64,000 nucleotides of DNA from Candidatus Latescibacterota bacterium. Lineage in GTDB: Bacteria; Latescibacterota; UBA2968; UBA8231. Positions 28,495 through 37,064 of this stretch are shown here, in pieces. Numbering within the stretch: position 1 is the stretch's first letter; the number at the start of each line of letters is the position of its first letter. A program made the translations under genes and the position numbers. Below the pieces are notes generated by a model. The model did not search any database and was not told the origin of the DNA. It saw nothing but the letters and a program-made list of their open reading frames with translations. Location: assembly GCA_964291625.2 (NCBI GenBank), contig OZ220089.1, positions 3,680,001-3,744,000 on the forward strand. Direction: 5' to 3'.

Positions 28495-28605
28495 ATGAGG
28501 ACCCTTCGCATCGCCAGAGAGATCGCCGTTCCCGTGGCCATCGGTCTGTGCTTCGCCGGACTGTCGACCTTCGCCCACTACGCCACCGTCTCCCTCACCG
28601 TCTGA
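28495..28605 (+). CDS. Small hydrophobic peptide B (36 aa) MRTLRIAREIAVPVAIGLCFAGLSTFAHYATVSLTV
   Basis: GAGGAGG RBS, sigma54 promoter, 14/22 identical to peptide A over the N-terminus, GC hairpin just after the stop. Confidence 0.7.
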   Translation: MRTLRIAREIAVPVAIGLCFAGLSTFAHYATVSLTV

Positions 28606-28806
28606 GAGCGCGGCGGCTGACCGGACCGCCGCCTCTCCGGCCCGGTCGCACACCGGCCTTGGTCAAGGTCCACCTTTGCGGGTTCCTTGGGGTGGATCTC
28701 TCGACCAGCGCCATGCGACAGGGCCTCGCCTGGCCGGGCCGCTCTCCCGTCCGTGTGCCATCGGGCGGGGGGCGGCCCACTCCATTCGGCCCGGGAGCAT
28801 CAGTCC

Positions 28807-31800
28807 TTGTCCCTCTGCGACGGCGCGCCCGGACGGGCCATCCTCTTCCTCACATGGGCCCTGGCCGTTTCCCCCCAGACGGCCGGCGCCGTTCCACCGT
28901 ACGTCTGCGCCGAGGCCCTGATCGCCGCCTCGAGCCCGGCCGGGGCGGTCCCTCCTCCCCGGGCCAAGCCCGCCGCTCCCCTCTCGCGGGTCACCGCCCT
29001 CGTGGTCTTCGCTGGCTTCCAGGGCCAGCAACTCGGCGTGCCCTCCTGGGCCGAGTCCCTCTTCGACCTGGACCGTCCCGGCAGCGTCAGCCACTTCTAC
29101 CGGGAGATGTCCTTCGGGAGCCTCACCCTCCGCGGAGTCGTGGCGCCAAGGCGCTACCTCGCCTCGGGCGACGCCATCGACTACGCGGCGGCCCGTGCCA
29201 CGGAACGCGGCCGCTACGCGGAGTTCGTGCGGGAGATCCTGCGCCAGGTGGACGAAGACCTGGACCTCGCCCGGTTCGACAGCGACGGCCCCGACGGGCG
29301 GCCGGACTCCGGCGACGACGATGGAGAGGTGGATCTCCTCGTTCTCCTCACACCCGCCCTGCCGCGCAACTTCATCCTCGGGGGCGCCACCGGGATCGGC
29401 GATCTGGGGCTCCGCGAGGCCGCGGCCACCGCCGACCCGGACTTCGAGGGCAACCCGATCACCTATCGCCTCGGTCTGGTCGCCCAGGGCCGCTCCTTCC
29501 CGGAGGCGGCGGGCACCGTCGCCCACGAGCTGGGGCACACCCTCTTCGGCCTGATAGACCTCTACAACGTGGCCTATCTCAGCCGGGAGGAGCCGCGGGA
29601 CCCGGCCGACGATTCGGCGGGCATCGGCAACTGGGGTCTCATGGGCTGGGGGGCCCTCGGCTGGGGGGGCGGCGACGGACCCGTCGGCTTCTCCGCGTGG
29701 AGCCGTCTCCGCCTCGGATGGTCCCGGGTCACCGAGGTCGACCAACCGTCGCAGGGGATCGTCCTGCGGGACGTGGCGAGAACGGGAGAGCTGGTCCGCA
29801 TCCCTGCCGGCGGGGAGGAGTACTTCCTCCTCGAGTACCGGACCCGCTCCTCCTGGTACGACCGGGGGGTCCCGGCCGAGGGTTTGCTCATCTGGCACGT
29901 CATGAGCAACCGCACCGGCGAGGTCACCAACGCCCACTGGCTGGTCGACCTGGAGTGCGCCGACGGCCGCTGGCAGGAAGGCGGGTTCCCCGTGGGCCGC
30001 ACGCCGGACCCGCTCCACGGCGGCGACAACCTCGACTTCTGGGCGGGGGATGACTCCTACGCCCGGGACCATGGGGGCAACCTCGGCGACGCCACCGACG
30101 TCTTCGGACCCGCCGGGCGCACGGAGTTCACCGCCCACACGAACCCGAGCTCCGCGGACCGGGAGGGCCGGAGCACGTTCCGCGTCACCGGCATCGAGGT
30201 GACGGAGAGAGGGCTCGAGGCGCGGGTCGAGATCGATGGGCCGCGGATCGAGTTCGAGGCCCTGAGGGTGCAGGATGAGACCGGGGACGGCGTTCTGGTG
30301 GCCGGCGAGGAAGGGGCGCTGCGCCTCGACCTCGTGAACCGGGGAGGGCTTCCGGCCCTTGGCGCGACCCTGACGCTGGAGCCCCTGGACGATCTGCTGA
30401 CGGTGACCCCGAACCGCCTGCCCCTGCCCGACATGCCGCCCGACGAGCGCATTCTCGGAGGCGCCGTCGCCGAGCCGCCGCGGCTGCGGGCCTCCACCGA
30501 CTTCCCCTCCTCCCGGGTGGCGCGGCTGCGTCTGACCGCCGAGGCCGACGGCGACACCATCGGCCGGCACCGGCTCGAGGTCCCCCTGATCAGCGCGCGG
30601 CAGGAAGGCCTGCAGTGGCGCCTGCGCGACCCGGACGGAACCGGCCGCATCGACCCCGGGGGGTTCTTCCACCTCGATCTGGAACTGGCCTCGGCCGCCC
30701 CCGCGCTGCTCTCCGGCCTGAGGTGGTACCTGTCCAGCGGCAGCGCCGGCATCCGCAGGGTGTCCGCCGGCACCGTCGAGTTCCGCGCCGACGGCGGCCA
30801 GGGCGCCCGCAGCTCCCGCACCCCGGAGTTCCTCGCCCTGACCGAAGCCGCCGGACGGGAGGCCGACTTCGTCCTGGAGGTGCGCACCCCCTTCCAGGTG
30901 TGGACGGACACCGCGACCTTCCGGGTCACCCGGTCCCGCGACCTGACCCCGCCCCGGGTGACCGGCACACGCGTCTCCCCCGTGGAGGGCGGGTTCAGGG
31001 TGCAGGTGCACCGCCGCTGGATCCTCGACGGAAGCCGCATCTCCCGGGCGGCGGCCAGGATCCACTCCCTGCCCGATTCCAGCCTGGCCGCCGAGGTGCC
31101 CCTGGCCGAGCGGGACGGCGTGTACGAGGCCGAGTGGGAGGGCCCCGCCGCTTCGTACTCCGTCGCCGTGGCCGTCGAGGACGAGGAGGGCAACCTCGGG
31201 TTGAGCGCGCCCTTGTCCATCCGGATTGCCGAACCTGCCGAGGCCCCGCCCGGGCATGTGCCGCCCGGGCCGGCGCCGCCCGGGCCGGTGTCGGCCGGGG
31301 ACTGGTGGGCGGCCGGGCCGGATACGGTCGCCCCCGCCGCCATGCGGCGGACCCACGCGGGGGCCACGATCTGGTACGGCCTGACGGACTCGCAGGTCTG
31401 GCGCTCCGACGACCGCGGGACGTCCTGGCAGCCCACGGCCCTCATGCTCTCAGGGCACGCCGGCCCCGGCGTCATCTACGGCGATCCCGACGACCCGCTG
31501 ATCGCCTACGTCATCGAGAACGGGCACCCCGGCGGCTCCCGTTTCGCCGGCGCCCTGGTCACCCGTGACGGCGGAGTCACCTGGACCCCCATCGCGGTGC
31601 CCGAGGGCGTGTACGTGGCGCTCGTCGATCCCCATCTCCCCGGCAGGCTCTACGGCCTGGCGCCGGAGGCGGTCTTCCTGAGCGAGGACGGCGGACGGAA
31701 CTGGACGGACTTCCTCGTTCCGGAAGCCGTGTGGGCCTCTTCCCATCCGGCGGACCCGGGCCGGACCTACGCCTGGGTGTCCTTGGCCGCGGCCGACTCG

Positions 31801-33504
31801 AGTCTCTGGCGGGTCGGCCACGGAGGCACCTACCCCGTCGGCGGCTTCCTGGCCAACCCCGGTGCCTTCGCCGCGGACCCGTGGACTCCGGGGGGCTTCT
31901 ACGCCGTCGAGGGGAGCACGCTCTACCACAGCCCGGACGAGGGCGGGCCGTGGGAGCCCCGGGGAGCTGTCGGCGGCCACGTCGAGGGGCTTGCCGTCTC
32001 CGCCTCTGCGCCCGGCCTGATCTACGCCCGCGGCGTCCGCCGCGTGCACCGCAGCGAGGACGGCGGCGCCTCCTGGGACCCGACGCCTCCGGAATACCTC
32101 GGGATCGAAAGCGTGAGCGCCGATGCCACCCACCCATCCGGCCTCCTCGTCCAGACCCAGGGGGAGTTGTTCGTCTCGAGAGATCAGGGCCGGACCGCGG
32201 CACCGGTCCGGGTCGAGGCGCCTGTGCCGGCCGGGACGTTGTGGTTCGACGATGCGGGGCGCCTCGGCATGTCCACCGCGTGGTCGGAGGAGCATGGCCA
32301 CCGCTACATCGGGATCTACAGGAACGACGGGCCGACCTGGAGATGGACCGGTCTCCCGTCAAGGGCCTGGCCGCTCTACGAGGTGATCGTGGAGGATCCC
32401 GCGGTGGAGGGTCTGCTCCTGGCACAGGGCGTGCAGGCCCGCGGGTTCCTCAGGCGAGGCCCGCTCTGGGGATATCCCTTCGTGCAGACTTTCGCACGGA
32501 GCACCAACGGTGGCGCCAGCTGGGAAGCCCTGGACGTCGGCAGGTACTACCTGCACCCCCGGGTCCCTCCGCATGCCACATACATCAAGCACACGCGCAG
32601 GGAAGGGCAGTACTTCCTGGCGGGCGCCGGCGTGTGGCGAAGCGAGGATTACGGCGAGAGCTGGGAGAGGATCGGTCCCTTCAGGAATCTCTCACTCAGC
32701 GAACTCCCAACAACCACCCTGGCGGGCGGAGCCCTGCTGAGCCCGCGGGACTCGCTCATGGTCGTCTTCGGCGACTCCGTCTGGGTGGGACACACCTCCG
32801 GAACGGGCTGGAGGGTGGCCGGCCGTCTCGAGCCCGGAGCCTCGGGGCTGGACCTGGCCCGGCATCCGGACGAGCCCGGCGTCCTCTGCGCGGCGGCGAC
32901 CACGGGATGCTTCGTCTCCGGAGACGGGGGGCGGACCTGGCGCCGGGCCCTGGAGCCCCGGTGGGGATCGTGGAGGAGGGCGCGCCTGCGCGGCCATCCG
33001 GTCGAGGCCGACGCGCTGTACCTGGCCGCCGACCGCGAGCTGTATCACAGCCCGGACCGCGGAGAGACCTGGCGGCCCCTCGACGGGGGCTATCCGGGGG
33101 TCCACTGGATCAACGACGTCGCCGTCGATCCCCTCGATCCGTCGATCCTCTACGTGGCCACGAGCGGCGGGCTGTACTCCATCGAACATCCCCCCACGTC
33201 GATCTCCGGGGACCCTCGGGTGCCGCGGACTGCCGAGCTGGGGCCGAGCTACCCCAACCCCTTCAACGCCGGCACTGTCATCCCCTTCCGCCTGGGGGCC
33301 GCCGGCCGGGTGAGGATCGACGTCTTCAACCTCCTCGGACAGCGGGTCCGCCGCCTGCTCGACGAGCGGCGCGCCCCCGGCCTGCACAAGGTGCGCTGGT
33401 CCGGGACCGACGACCGGGGGGCCCCGGTCTCCAGCGGTGTCTACTTCTACCGCCTCAGCATGGGCGATGTGGTCGAGACCCGGCGCTGCATGCTGATCAG
33501 GTGA
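28807..33504 (+). CDS. Large secreted M6 (immune inhibitor A-like) metalloprotease with BNR/Asp-box propellers and C-terminal FlgD-Ig sorting domain
   Basis: AHELGH..GLIDLY zinc motif, W.LMG.G, EYFLLEYR, GLLIWHV, many S.D.G..W repeats, SYPNPFNAGT...SGVYFYRL. Start uncertain (TTG 28807 with GGGAG RBS; frame open from 28687). Confidence 0.85.
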   Translation: MSLCDGAPGRAILFLTWALAVSPQTAGAVPPYVCAEALIAASSPAGAVPPPRAKPAAPLSRVTALVVFAGFQGQQLGVPSWAESLFDLDRPGSVSHFYREMSFGSLTLRGVVAPRRYLASGDAIDYAAARATERGRYAEFVREILRQVDEDLDLARFDSDGPDGRPDSGDDDGEVDLLVLLTPALPRNFILGGATGIGDLGLREAAATADPDFEGNPITYRLGLVAQGRSFPEAAGTVAHELGHTLFGLIDLYNVAYLSREEPRDPADDSAGIGNWGLMGWGALGWGGGDGPVGFSAWSRLRLGWSRVTEVDQPSQGIVLRDVARTGELVRIPAGGEEYFLLEYRTRSSWYDRGVPAEGLLIWHVMSNRTGEVTNAHWLVDLECADGRWQEGGFPVGRTPDPLHGGDNLDFWAGDDSYARDHGGNLGDATDVFGPAGRTEFTAHTNPSSADREGRSTFRVTGIEVTERGLEARVEIDGPRIEFEALRVQDETGDGVLVAGEEGALRLDLVNRGGLPALGATLTLEPLDDLLTVTPNRLPLPDMPPDERILGGAVAEPPRLRASTDFPSSRVARLRLTAEADGDTIGRHRLEVPLISARQEGLQWRLRDPDGTGRIDPGGFFHLDLELASAAPALLSGLRWYLSSGSAGIRRVSAGTVEFRADGGQGARSSRTPEFLALTEAAGREADFVLEVRTPFQVWTDTATFRVTRSRDLTPPRVTGTRVSPVEGGFRVQVHRRWILDGSRISRAAARIHSLPDSSLAAEVPLAERDGVYEAEWEGPAASYSVAVAVEDEEGNLGLSAPLSIRIAEPAEAPPGHVPPGPAPPGPVSAGDWWAAGPDTVAPAAMRRTHAGATIWYGLTDSQVWRSDDRGTSWQPTALMLSGHAGPGVIYGDPDDPLIAYVIENGHPGGSRFAGALVTRDGGVTWTPIAVPEGVYVALVDPHLPGRLYGLAPEAVFLSEDGGRNWTDFLVPEAVWASSHPADPGRTYAWVSLAAADSSLWRVGHGGTYPVGGFLANPGAFAADPWTPGGFYAVEGSTLYHSPDEGGPWEPRGAVGGHVEGLAVSASAPGLIYARGVRRVHRSEDGGASWDPTPPEYLGIESVSADATHPSGLLVQTQGELFVSRDQGRTAAPVRVEAPVPAGTLWFDDAGRLGMSTAWSEEHGHRYIGIYRNDGPTWRWTGLPSRAWPLYEVIVEDPAVEGLLLAQGVQARGFLRRGPLWGYPFVQTFARSTNGGASWEALDVGRYYLHPRVPPHATYIKHTRREGQYFLAGAGVWRSEDYGESWERIGPFRNLSLSELPTTTLAGGALLSPRDSLMVVFGDSVWVGHTSGTGWRVAGRLEPGASGLDLARHPDEPGVLCAAATTGCFVSGDGGRTWRRALEPRWGSWRRARLRGHPVEADALYLAADRELYHSPDRGETWRPLDGGYPGVHWINDVAVDPLDPSILYVATSGGLYSIEHPPTSISGDPRVPRTAELGPSYPNPFNAGTVIPFRLGAAGRVRIDVFNLLGQRVRRLLDERRAPGLHKVRWSGTDDRGAPVSSGVYFYRLSMGDVVETRRCMLIR

Positions 33505-33559
33505 TGCCCGGGGGAACCGCTGACCCGCCCCGCCCGTCGCCGGGACACCATGGCGCATC

Positions 33560-34157
33560 CTCCTGGCCCGGGTCGATTCCCGCAGCGATCTCACGTAGTT
33601 CGGAGAAGGCTGTCCCCATCTCTGCGGGACCGTCAGGAATGTGGGTGCCATCTCGGGGTATTCGACATGGTCGGCTACTGTCGAGGCCAACACCCAGATG
33701 TGGCGGAGGAGCACGAAGTGCGGTATCAGCTGTCTTTCACTACCGCTCAGCGGTCTGACCGATTCATAGCCCGCCAGGAGGTCCTGCCACAAGCCTTCTG
33801 AATCGCTCATGGCCCTGTCGCGGGCCCACCGGAATGTTGCGAGATCCCACAGGCGCCACCCGAGACCAGCGAGCTCGGAATCGAAGAAGGTGATGCCGGC
33901 CGTTCCTCATCGGAATCGGGAGGAGACGGGCAGGCCGGCCTGTCTGAGGAAGCGGGCCCACTCGTACTGATAGACAAGGGGAGACGCCGGCCGTCCCAGC
34001 AGAAGGGTCTCGTGAACACGAAGGACCGCCTTGCCGGCCGCTGAGCGGACCGGTCAGGAGCCATGAGTCTGCAGTGGACGGGTTCCGGGAGACCATACTC
34101 CCGCTGCACCAGTCCGGCGAGGTATCTGCTCGAGATGCGAGAGAACTCAGTCTGCAT
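33560..34157 (-). pseudogene. Degraded APH/homoserine-kinase-type phosphotransferase
   Basis: N-terminus MQTEFSRISSRYLAGLVQREYGLPEPVHCRL, then in another frame ITFFDSELAGLGWRLWDLATFRW...LAGYESVRPLS..E...IPHFVLLRHIW. Middle deleted, no clean stop. Confidence 0.65.
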
Positions 34158-34233
34158 GTCCCATTTGCGCCGCAGAGTCAGGCGGCTGGGGGGATAACCA
34201 TGCCTAACTTGGGCCGACCTGGAAACCGGGAGC

Positions 34234-34509
34234 ATGAGCATGGCCAGCATCACGATCCGCAATCTCGAGGAAGACGTAAAGACGCGGCTCCGCAAGCGGG
34301 CGGCAGAGCACGGCCGGTCGATGGAGGAGGAGGCACGGCTGATCCTGGCCGAGGCGGTCGCGCGGGAGGCCGCCCCCGCCAGGGGCTTGGGAACGGCGAT
34401 CCACGAACTGTTCAAGCCCCTCGGGGGAGTGGACCTGGAACTGCCGCCGCGCGAACCGATGCGCGAACCACCGCGTTTCGACCGGGGCGACGGCGATGGT
34501 CGTCCTTGA
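34234..34509 (+). CDS. FitA-like ribbon-helix-helix antitoxin
   Basis: MASITIRNLEEDVKTRLRKRAAEHGRSMEEEARLIL...LELPPREPMREPP. Confidence 0.9.
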   Translation: MSMASITIRNLEEDVKTRLRKRAAEHGRSMEEEARLILAEAVAREAAPARGLGTAIHELFKPLGGVDLELPPREPMREPPRFDRGDGDGRP

Positions 34510-34918
34510 TACCAGTGTCGTCTCCGAGTTGATGCAGACCGAACCGAGTTCGAAGGTCCGGGCCTGGCTGGACGACCGGCCGACGCGGGAGCTCTTCGTG
34601 ACGGCGGTAACCGAGGCGGAGGTCCGCACTGGCATCGCCTTTCTGCCCGAGGGTGCCCGCCGCCGGGGTCTCGCTGAGGCTGCCGAGCGCGCCTTCGGTG
34701 GTCTGTTCGCCGGACGGGTCCTGCCGTTCGACAGGGCCGCGGCTCTTGTCTATGCGGAGATCGCTGCGGCTCGGCGCGCCAGCGGGCGCCCGCTCTCACA
34801 GACCGATGGTCAGATCGCGGCTATCGCCCGGTCCCGAGCCATGGCGGTGGCGACGCGGAATGTTCGGGACTTCTCGGGGACGGGGATCGAGGTGATCGAC
34901 CCCTGGACCGAGGCATGA
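34496..34918 (+). CDS. vapC: VapC/FitB-like PIN-domain toxin
   Basis: VVLDTSVVSE, DGQIAAIA, VATRNVRDF...IDPW. Overlaps the antitoxin. Confidence 0.92.
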   Translation: MVVLDTSVVSELMQTEPSSKVRAWLDDRPTRELFVTAVTEAEVRTGIAFLPEGARRRGLAEAAERAFGGLFAGRVLPFDRAAALVYAEIAAARRASGRPLSQTDGQIAAIARSRAMAVATRNVRDFSGTGIEVIDPWTEA

Positions 34919-34924
34919 AGTGAG

Positions 34925-34969
34925 GGAGTCTCCCAGGCGCTCTCTGATCCGCTGAGCCTGGGAGACTCC
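34925..34969. terminator. Hairpin between convergent vapC and cbiB
   Basis: GGAGTCTCCCAGGC ... GCCTGGGAGACTCC 14-bp inverted repeat. Confidence 0.55.
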
Positions 34970-34984
34970 ATCCCGAGGCGCCCT

Positions 34985-35946
34985 TCACCAGAGAACCGCC
35001 GCCACAACCCCGGCAGAGGCCAGGCAGGTCGCCGCGACGAAGACGCAGGCGCGGCGCAGGTCTCCGGGGCGCCCCCCTCCGGGTCCCCGGGCCGCCCCAG
35101 CCAGAGATCGGTGATCCGTTCGCCCCCCTGCCAGATCGGTCCGGCCAGGCGGCATTGCAGGGCCCCGGCCGCGGCGGCCTCGCTCCATCCGGCGTTGGGG
35201 CCGGGCACGAGCCCGTGCTGGCGCCAGCCGACGGAGAGGGCCTTGCGGGCCGAGCACCCGGGCAGCACCAGGGCGGCCAGGACCATCAGCCCCCACGTTA
35301 GGCGGGCCGGGAGGTAGTTGAGGAGGTCGTCCAGGCGGGCGCCGCACCAGCCGAAGCGCAGGTAGCGGGGGCTGCGGTTGCCGACCATGGAGTCCATGGT
35401 GCTGACCACCTTGAACAGGACCACCCCCGGCAGGCCCAGCAGGGCGTACCAGAAGATGGGGGAGACGAAGCCGTCCACCGCGTTCTCGGCGAGGCTCTCC
35501 ATGCCGGCCCGGCGGCATGCGGCCGCATCCATGGGCGCCGTGTCGCGGGCCACCAGCCGGGCGGCCGCCTGACGGGCCCCGGCGAGGTCGCCGCCGGCCG
35601 CGGCGCGGTCGATGGCCATTCCGTGCTTGAGGAGATCGCGCAGGGCCAGCAGGCTGTAGAGCAGGAAGAGATGAAAGAGCTGGGCGAGGGCAGGGGAGAG
35701 GCGTCCCAGGCCCCAGGCGGCGCCGGCCACCAGGCCGACGCACAGGGCGCCCAGGACGGCGAAGAGCAGGCAGCCGCCGCCATGGCCGTCGAGCCCGAGG
35801 CGGCGCAGGACCGCCTCGATCCGCGACAGGGCGCCGCCGGCCAGGCGGACGGGATGCAGGCGGTAGACGGGGTCGCCGAGGAACGCGTCCAGGGCCACGG
35901 CGCCCAGCAGCAGCAGGGGATCCGGCGCCAGGCCCTCTATTCCCAC
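34985..35946 (-). CDS. cbiB: Adenosylcobinamide-phosphate synthase CbiB/CobD, with an apparent frameshift near 35065
   Basis: LDAFLGDP..LHPV, ESLAEN.VDG.VSP.F, STMDSMVG, ARLDD.LN..PARL, PNAGWSEAAAAGAL. The natural C-terminus (DLRRAC...AVLW, stop 34985) lies in a different frame. Confidence 0.85.
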
Positions 35947-37064
35947 TTGAGCCGCCAGCCCAGGGCCACGGCGTCGGCCACCGCCCCCATGGGCTCGCCC
36001 GTGTCGGCGGCGAGCTGCCGCCAGCACTCCGTCCACGATCCCGGACGGGCCGCCAGGCAGGAGGCCAGGACCGCCGCCTGCTGCCGCAGTGCCGGGCCTG
36101 CCTGGTCCGGAGGCAGCCCGCCGTATCTCACCCGGTCCCGGACGGCGGCGAAGGCGTAGGCCGCGGCCACGGCCCCGGGCTCGCGCAGGACCGCCTCCCG
36201 GTTCTGGTCCAGCAGGGAGAAGGCCTCCTCGTCGAGGCGCTCCCTCAGCGCCTCCATGAGGCGGGTCTCGTCGAGGCCGAAGCGGCGCAGGGCGTAGGGG
36301 ATGCTGCGGGTGAAGGAGGGCTCGAGGCCGTTCTGCCAGCGCAGGGACTCCCGGGTCGCCCGCCGCACGGCGCGGCCGATCAGCTCGCCGAGCCGGGCGT
36401 GGTGGCCGGTGTTGGCCTTGGGCCTGCGGTCGTCGAGGGGGGCGGCGACGGCGTACTGGTCGGTGCCGGTGCCGGTGGCCAGGCCGGCCGAGCCGCGGCT
36501 GGAGACGGCCAGCTCCTGCAGGGCCGCGGACTTGGCCTCGGTGAGGGTGATGGCGGTCCGGGCCAGGGCCGCCGGGGTCAGGGGCCAGCCGACCAGCAGC
36601 AGCACGTTGATCGTGCCGGCGTGGGGATCGACCTCGCGCCAGCCGTCCTCGCCCTCGTGCCAGCGGGCGGGGTCACCGGCGCGCCCGGCATTCCCTTCCA
36701 CGCCCGCGGTGACCACGGCCCTCACCTTGACGCCGGCGAACTCCTCGCTCGCCTGGGCGGCGCAGTTCATGTTGGCCGCCGTCCCCATGAGCCCCACGGC
36801 ATCGGGGTCGAGGCCGAGCTCGCCGCAGACGGCGCGGTGGTACCCGCCTTCGCCGAGCTGCCGGAGGTGCACGAAGCGCGCCTCGTGGCCCCGGCCTTCG
36901 CAGCTCTGGTGGTTGACCAGGTAGCGCAGGTCCTCGCGCTGGCCGCCGCCGGCGGCCGAGGTGCACAGCACCCGGTGCGGTTGCAGCAGCTCGACGATCA
37001 GGAACCGCCCGCGGCGGCGGACCTCGTATCCCTCTTCCGCGGCCAGAGTCTCGTCCGCGCTCAT
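35937..37064 (-). CDS. cbiZ: Adenosylcobinamide amidohydrolase CbiZ
   Basis: GLMGTAANM, VTAGVEGNA, GTINVLL, TEAKSAAL, ATGTGTD. Confidence 0.88.
   Translation of the reverse strand: MSADETLAAEEGYEVRRRGRFLIVELLQPHRVLCTSAAGGGQREDLRYLVNHQSCEGRGHEARFVHLRQLGEGGYHRAVCGELGLDPDAVGLMGTAANMNCAAQASEEFAGVKVRAVVTAGVEGNAGRAGDPARWHEGEDGWREVDPHAGTINVLLLVGWPLTPAALARTAITLTEAKSAALQELAVSSRGSAGLATGTGTDQYAVAAPLDDRRPKANTGHHARLGELIGRAVRRATRESLRWQNGLEPSFTRSIPYALRRFGLDETRLMEALRERLDEEAFSLLDQNREAVLREPGAVAAAYAFAAVRDRVRYGGLPPDQAGPALRQQAAVLASCLAARPGSWTECWRQLAADTGEPMGAVADAVALGWRLKWE

Noticed and set aside
28086-28605. Micro-peptides as Flp/type IV pilins (pilin genes are often sigma54-driven)
   Set aside because: No G|xxxxE(Y) prepilin motif, and no tad/pil genes nearby.
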